From Macrostomum lignano (taxonomy: Eukaryota), in the NCBI GenBank assembly GCA_002269645.1, contig NIVC01001540.1, forward strand, positions 1 through 64,000: a stretch of DNA of 64,000 nucleotides, given 5' to 3'. Made by a program: the position numbers and the translations under genes. This document shows, piece by piece, positions 57,401 to 64,000 of this stretch. The notes beneath the pieces are model-generated. The model saw only the letters and a list, made by a program, of their open reading frames with translations, was not told where the DNA came from and made no database searches. Every line of letters begins with the position of its first letter. Positions within the stretch are counted from its first letter, which is position 1.

Positions 57401-59619
57401 CGCGCACTTTCCTATGCTTTCAGAGGACCGGCCAGCCAGCATCATCCTGAAGATGTTCATCCAACGATTCCACTACTGGCTCATCCCCGGTGTCCTGGGC
57501 GAGGGCAGCCCGGACACCCTGTCCAAGCTGCTGACCGGTGAGCCAATCTCATCGAGTAGTCACTGTTCGAAAGTTCTCAAACAATATATTAGCGTTAATT
57601 CTCATTTCACTTGCTGTCTGTCTGAGATGCTTTCAAGTTCTTCAAATACTGCAAGAGGAGCCCGGAAATACAGAGTGAGATTATTAACAATCCTGCTTCT
57701 TCTACACTCTAAAGTCTATTTTTAGAGCTGCAGCTCGGGCAGGGAATCCGGCACTGAAGGGAACGAAATGAGAGTCTGAGAAATGCAGAATTTTTTTCTG
57801 TTTTAGTTAAACAGATATTGCTGTTCGCGGTCGTGACTGGCAGAATTTAATAGGAAAATATTCATTGAGATGAAGGAACTCAGAATATGAAGAATTTTTG
57901 GCTGACATTGAAATGGATTGAGATGGAATGGAATGGGATAAGATGTGGTGAGATGGGATGAGATGGGATGAGATGGGATGAGACATGATGAGATGGGATG
58001 AGATGGAGTGAGATGGGATGAGATGGAGTGAGATGGGATGACATAGGATGAGATGGGATAAGATGAAGTGAGATGGGATGAAATGGGATGAGATGGGATG
58101 AGATAGGATGAGATGGGATCAGATGGGGTGAGATGTGATGAGATGGAGTGAGATGTGATGAGATGGAGTGAGATGGGATGACATAGGATGAGATGGGATA
58201 AGATGAAGTGAGATTGGATGAAATGGGATGAAATGGGATGAAATGGGATGAGATGGGATGAGATAGGATGAGATGGAGTTAGATAAGGATAGATGGAGTG
58301 AAATACGGTGAAAAATGATGAGGTGGAGTGAGATTGGATGAGATGAAATAAGATAGGATGAGATAGGATGAGACATTGTGAGAAGGGATGCGATAGGATG
58401 AGATAGAGTTAGATGGAGGTAGATGGAGTAAGATAGGGTGAGATAGGGTGAGAACAGCCGACTTACGAATGCACAGAAGACCTGAACTCAGACACAGAAA
58501 GTCAACCACGAACAATGAAACGAAAAAGGAGATATTAGAAAAGTCAATGCAAATGCAAAAGCAGGAAATTTACCAGAATATTTTTTAAATGTCTGCTCAA
58601 ACATTTGAACAGTAAAAACACAATAAATTGGCTAAATCTTTGTTCCATCTTGAATCGAATTGCTTCAACTATTATTGAATGTCAAAGCCTGTCGCAGAAC
58701 CTTTGCAGACAGCAGCAGAACTGGATGCTCCCCCCACAACGCAGAGAAGAAGAAATAGAAAAGATCTTTCAGGTTCTTTCAGTTGCCATCCAGAAATTCA
58801 TAGCATGACTCAAAAAAATAATATGTCAGGCAATCCACCAGACTGCCGCATGTGCTGAAGAAATTGATCAAAGTTGCTCAGCTACTATTCTCACGGCTAT
58901 AAGGGACTTAACTGACTCTACTCATCTCACAGCTGACTTGATCTAGTCCGTTCTGATCTAATATGACTTCGCCTAAGCTATTTTGAGTCCAACTGACCCA
59001 TTCTGACCCACCCTGACCCACCCTGACCCACCCTGACCCACCCTGACCCACCCTGACCCATCCTGACCCACCCTGACCTACCCTGACTCGGCCTGACCTA
59101 CTTTGACAAATCCTGCCCATCCTGACCCATCCTGACCTACCCTGACCCAGCCTGACCTATTCTGACCCATCCTCCATCCTGACCCATCCTGATCCATCCT
59201 GATCCACTCTTACCCACCCTGACCAATCCTGACCAATCCTGACGCATTCTGACCTGCCCTGACCCGGCCTGACCTATTCTGACCCATCTTGACCTATTCT
59301 AACCTATCCTGACCCATCCTGACCCATCCTGCCCATCCTGACCCATCCTAACCCATCCTGACCCATCCTGACCCATCCTGACCCATCCTGCCCATCCTGA
59401 ACCCTCCCCACAGAGGAGCGCAGCGTGGATGACTACGCCAAGAAGGTCAACCTGACCGCCGAGCAGCGCAACAAACTCGTCCGCACCATGGAATTCGCCC
59501 GCGACGGCCGCGTTCTCGACCTGATCCTGGACGGCATGCCCGAGGACGCCTACCGCGAGGCCTACGCCCTATTTGGTCGCATCGTGGATAGCGGCTTCCT
59601 CGGCTCCGAGGGCATCTAA
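45448..59619 (+). CDS. Prohormone-4-like secreted LDLa-domain protein; exons 45448-45555 (apparent 1-nt frameshift in a C10 run), 52214-52360, 57424-57537, 59414-59619
   Basis: Signal peptide FVTAFAVVLCLLGSATA; LDLa module [40 protein letters not shown] followed by KDRP; C-terminal GMPEDAYREAYALFGRIVDSGFL resembles prohormone-4 C-termini. All junctions are phase 1. Confidence 0.8.
45562..52175. repeat. 17-bp satellite (TAAATCCCGATTCTCCC), about 6.6 kb, roughly 390 units, forming almost the whole first intron of the prohormone-4-like gene
   Basis: Continuous tandem array from the donor to about 40 nt before the acceptor. Confidence 0.98.
52722..53058. repeat. Inverted copy of the 17-bp satellite (GGGATTCGGGAAGAATC), about 20 units
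   Basis: Its reverse complement GATTCTTCCCGAATCCC matches the upstream unit at 14/17 and matches the terminal upstream variant at about 52145 exactly. Confidence 0.92.
53500..54365. repeat. 12-bp minisatellite (CATAGAGATTGA / CATAGAGATTTG)
   Basis: About 70 units. Confidence 0.94.
54905..55915. repeat. 23-bp minisatellite (CTTCATTCTTCATGTTCACGCTG)
   Basis: About 44 units. Confidence 0.94.
56421..57341. repeat. 24-bp minisatellite (ACTAGTTCACTCCCTCTATCAGAC), highly homogeneous
   Basis: About 38 near-identical units. Confidence 0.96.
57930..58450. repeat. (GAGATGGGAT)n degenerate purine-rich repeat
   Basis: 5/10-bp periodic run. Confidence 0.9.
58995..59405. repeat. 10-bp repeat (CTGACCCATC) abutting the last-exon acceptor
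   Basis: About 40 degenerate units. Confidence 0.9.
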
Positions 59620-62057
59620 AGAGCAGATGATCAAACGGCGACAAACTTAGCGGAACAACCAGGAGAGCGCACCCAGTGACCCGGGATTCCATCTAGCGAC
59701 TCTCTTTCTCTCCCTGACTAAGGATTTAGAAACAGAAAGAAGCAATTGCTGTCTTTTAGCGCTCTTGCGAGCCCTTCAAAACACCGCCTCCCTCCACACG
59801 CCACAAAATGTAACCCTCCCGCGTTCATCTCTTTGCGTAATTGACAGACCCAAGCAGGTGCGCCGCTGTCCGACGCACAGTAAAAATACAAGCTGAACAT
59901 CAATGGAATCTCTCAGCGGCTGGCCAAGCAAATCTCAGTTCGTTCTCGCCCTCGTGTGCGACTTTCCTGCGGCCGTTCATTTCCGCCTCGATGGCGACGA
60001 TAGGGCGGATAATTTATGCTAATTAGCGCCCATTTATGCATGGATCTGTAGGGCCCGATGCGGACATTAATAGCAGGCGATAAGAGATCAGGTTTCAGGC
60101 CGAGGTTGCAATGCGGGAGTAAATTTCAGAGGAGAAATCCTCCAAAAAACCCACGGCCAGGGGGGGGGCTGTCAGCCAGAGAGTGGACGAACCCCATGGG
60201 ACAACTGGAGAAATGGGAAAACTACCTAGTAAGTATCGGGCCCACCTGCAGTTGCGAGCGACAGCTCGGAGGATTTCTCCGCAGTGCCTTTTTAAGCTGC
60301 AGAAGACACTCAGAGCTCATGTTCCGCTGTACTTGTATGTAGGAAGCAGCTCTATTTAGTTTTGAGATCGAGTCTAGTTTGCTTGCACTTGCTCTGCGCT
60401 TTAAAAAAAATTGACATCGAATCTCCATCTCGATGCGCGAGCGGTTTTTTTCATCTCCAAGCCCCGGCTGGACTCCCAGCTCTCTCCAATGTGTGAGTAA
60501 AGGTGATCATCCAGAGCAATGGCTCGGTGGCCCAACTTGCACTTGCTAAACTCACCAGGTGGCTTGTCTGTGCCAATCTCGGCTCGGTAGTATTTGGATC
60601 TGCTCCAGCCTCACTCACGCGGGCCTGCCCCCCCCCCTCACTTCACCGGGGTGGTGGAGTTCAGACTCGCATTTTAGAGACTCAGAGTTCCCAATATTCC
60701 CATTTTTCGTCCTGAGGGGGGGGGGCGGCTGTCTCCTGACGTCTGCCCGGCCTCGCTCTCGGCTCTTCCTGTGCCCGGTCAGCCAGTCTGCCGGGCACGC
60801 AACCGCCTGAGATCTCTCAACTCTCTCTCCCTCTCTCTCTCTCGTCGCCTTTCTAATTTTGATCCCAACAACAACATGTGGCAGTGGTTGGTTTTTTGGT
60901 TAATTAAAAATTGCATAGAACGAAGGAAGAATAGGAGAGGCTGAATTCAATGAGACCTTTCTGGGGACGCCTGTTGCAGCACTATTGGTCTCTGCGGCCA
61001 GCATATTTGCTCTGCAGGCTCGTCACTTCAGCCGCAAATTGTGGCACAGGTTTCATCGGCAATTCATGAGAGTTCCGCTTGCTCAAATAGCCAGAGAGCA
61101 ATCTCGACTCAAGCACACGCTGGACACTGCGCTGGGGAGTCGGAGGCAAAGTGGAGGCTGGCGCTCAGCTAGGCTGAAAGCAAAAGAAAGAACTGTTGGA
61201 GCTAAGCGGGGGTTTCAGTTCACTTGAAGCTCAGCAAAAGTTTAAGAAAGTGCTAACAGACTGCATATGAAGCAGGAATTATAGATGCTTCAAGGCGAAT
61301 AGCTTTGCATCGACTTAGACAAATGCACACCTAAGTAGGGGGGTAGAAATGTATTCCCGCGGCTATTATCATATTTAATCCTGAGCTGTTTCTTCAGGAT
61401 ACTAGTCCATTTGCTCGGAATTCATCAACTCTACATTTACGTACCAGATCTGAAACAAATATAAGCAAATTGATCAAAGCAGGAGTAAAGATTTCGTTGG
61501 GCATCAAATGTAGCAAACAGAATACTCGAATCTTTATGTGTGTCCGGGTCGTGTGGAGAGTCAGGCGCAGAGGCGTTTACCGCTGAACTGCTCTGCTTCC
61601 TGTCATCATGCATTTAGAAATTTGCATGCAATCGATCGTGTTCACATTAGTCTACTGTTTCTTCACAAGTAGACTAGTAAGTACCGTTTGCCAGTTATTT
61701 TCGTATAGAGCAGTCCAGTACTCGTACCAAAAAGAGCCAAGATCTGGAGGCGGACGTGACCTCGGCAACCAACAGGCCATCGGAAAACCCACGCGTTAAG
61801 GACGCAATTAACGGGTCCGCCCTTGGTGTTTAAGCCCTGCTTCGGGATCGGCGAAGATCAGGGCGAACGCGGTGCCCATCACGCGGGCCATGGTGATTTC
61901 AATTTTATATTGTCGACACCCAAGAAGAAATCTCATTATTCAGGTAACAACCTCTAATTGAAGATGTCATTATTAATCTAAAAATTCCTTGCCTGGGCTG
62001 CCTTTCGTTCCGTGAGGGCAGTCCTGCAGTCCGAGGCCCTTTCTGACCGCCAGAGGG

Positions 62058-62290
62058 CAGCGTTGTTCCAGGCGATGGTCGAGGCCATCTTGCTGTACAA
62101 CGCTGAGACCTAAACGCTGACGGACTCGCTGAAGCAACAAGTGGATGCTGCGCACCGCCTTCAAGATCTGCGACGAGCGAGTTTCCAACGAGGCACTGCA
62201 GTATCGCCGCGCCGGCCCGGTCCGTTCAAGCGACCTGTTGCGCCGTGAGCGAATCCAGCTTGCAGGCCACATCAGCAGCGGCGAGTTGTG
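62058..62290 (+). mobile_element. Degenerate RTE-like LINE fragment followed by (TCTG)n
   Basis: [52 protein letters not shown], with a stop and a frameshift. Confidence 0.75.
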
Positions 62291-62297
62291 CTGCCGG

Positions 62298-62578
<281 letters not shown>

Positions 62579-63254
62579 TAATGCCGTTACGAAGTTACTT
62601 ATTATTCATTTCAACGCTAACGCGTTTTTCCCACTAACGGAATTATACTTTTTTAATAACGCTGTCCAACACTGCTAACGAGTCTAAAACAAAAACAAGT
62701 CGCAAGTGCCAATCGTTTTGGCGGTCTCATTTCCGTTTGTTGGCGGTTGCACTTCCCGACAGTATAGACAACAAATATCTATCCAAACAGGCAACTGTTC
62801 CTAACTTAAAATTCAGCAGCCACCGCAACTTTTGATAACAGGGCTGTATTGCGTTCTTCAATTTGGACAATGAAGGGCAAACTGGTTTAGCCGAACTGAA
62901 TTGAAGACTGAAGTGCTGAAAAGTTACAATGAAACTGATTGAGTAGCTAATTTGATCCGGTAACCTCGATTGTCTCGGTCTACCGATCGGTGTTACTCCG
63001 GTAGCATAGCTCTCGGCGGAGTGTTTCACCTCTGTTTGCCAACCATTATTTGTCTAGCATGTGGCATAGCCGTTTGCAGCAGGTTCATGAGGGATGCTAA
63101 ATGCCACTTGCGGGTATTGGTTGGGGAAGAGATTTCAGCTGTTAGCAAATACAGAATCGTTTTACTTTTATCCCACTCTCGCCAGCTTCCAACTGCTTTT
63201 GGCTCACCAACTCAACGAAATTGAAAGCCAGAAATTCATTAGCCGTAACTAGAC

Positions 63255-63470
63255 ATGAACATTCTTCATATTATCACTTTTGCCGTTAGCTTCGTCACAC
63301 TCCCGTCGCAGTCGACATCACAGTCTGACAAAGCTTCATTTGACGATCTGGCGATGCACCTGCTGGGTCTGCGCAACGGTTCCTACAACAGGGATGCTCG
63401 GCCACCGCCTGACAACGGGCAGGCAAATACCGTGACAGTGTTTATTCAGCTAAACAGCCTGGTGAAGGTG
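63255..63470 (+). CDS. First coding exon of a Cys-loop ligand-gated ion channel subunit (gene continues beyond the window)
   Basis: Signal peptide followed by LAMHLLG..SYNRDARP..TVTVFIQLNSLVKV, then donor GTG|GTGAGC in phase 0. Confidence 0.72.
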
Positions 63471-63584
63471 GTGAGCAAAAACCGTCGCTTGCTATGACGC
63501 TTCATGAATTATATAGATGAATTTTTGCAGCAGGGACCGTCTCCACGCCTTCGCCTTCCGCGACATCGTCCTAAGTACCAGTGC

Positions 63585-64000
63585 TGACCCTGACTTTCTA
63601 GTCGTCAGGCATGAGCACATGCTGTCACACATGACCCTGACTTTCTAGTCGTCAGGCATGAGCACATGCTGTCACACATGACCCTGACTTTCTAGTCGTC
63701 AGGCATGAGCACATGCTGTCACACGTGACCCTGACTTTCTAGTCGTCAGGCATGAGCACATGCTGTCACACATGACCCTGACTTTCTAGTCGTCAGGCAT
63801 GAGCACATGCTGTCACTCATGACCCTGACTTTCTAATCATCAGGCATGAGCACATGCTGTCACACATGACCCTGACTTTCTAGTCATCAGGCATGAGCAC
63901 ATGCTGTCACACATGACCCTGACTTTCTTGTCGTCAGGCATGAGCACATGCTGTCACACATGACCCTGACTTTCTAGTCGTCAGGCATGAGCACATGCTG
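63585..64000. repeat. 47-bp minisatellite (TGACCCTGACTTTCTAGTCGTCAGGCATGAGCACATGCTGTCACACA), runs off the window end
   Basis: Period 47 (63914, 63961); about 9 copies. Confidence 0.95.

Noticed and set aside
57930-59405. Partial complementarity between the (GAGATGGGAT)n and (CTGACCCATC)n arrays in one intron
   Set aside because: Only a 6-nt core (GATGGG/CCCATC) per unit pairs and no exon lies between them; likely coincidental.
59620-61950. Unique sequence between the prohormone-4-like and ion-channel genes
   Set aside because: Short ORFs only, with no motif, repeat or RNA structure I could support.

Overview
Eukaryotic (animal) genomic DNA with GC-rich exons and introns packed with private mini- and microsatellites. 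The style resembles a free-living flatworm such as Macrostomum (inference only). Nine host genes were reconstructed by hand with phase-compatible GT-AG junctions: a ZIP metal transporter, ferritin, BTBD7, adenylate kinase 7, Rab1, mevalonate diphosphate decarboxylase, an a-a'-D type PDI/ERp29-family protein, a prohormone-4-like LDLa protein, and the first exon of a Cys-loop ligand-gated ion channel. Mobile elements: a TTAA-bounded piggyBac with an uninterrupted transposase ORF, two copies of a tRNA/CORE-like SINE, two RTE-like LINE fragments and a MITE. The most notable signal is a set of sharply bounded, almost CpG-free AT-rich domains in the first introns of BTBD7, Rab1 and AK7. Elements trapped there carry near-unidirectional C>T/G>A changes, including non-CpG and CG>TA double hits, while related or comparable elements elsewhere in the window keep their CpGs. 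Other notable items: inverted satellite arrays bracketing a skippable LDLa exon, a repeat that multiplies a 5' splice site in frame, and a 47-bp satellite with a hammerhead-like fold. All counts were made by eye and need computational confirmation.
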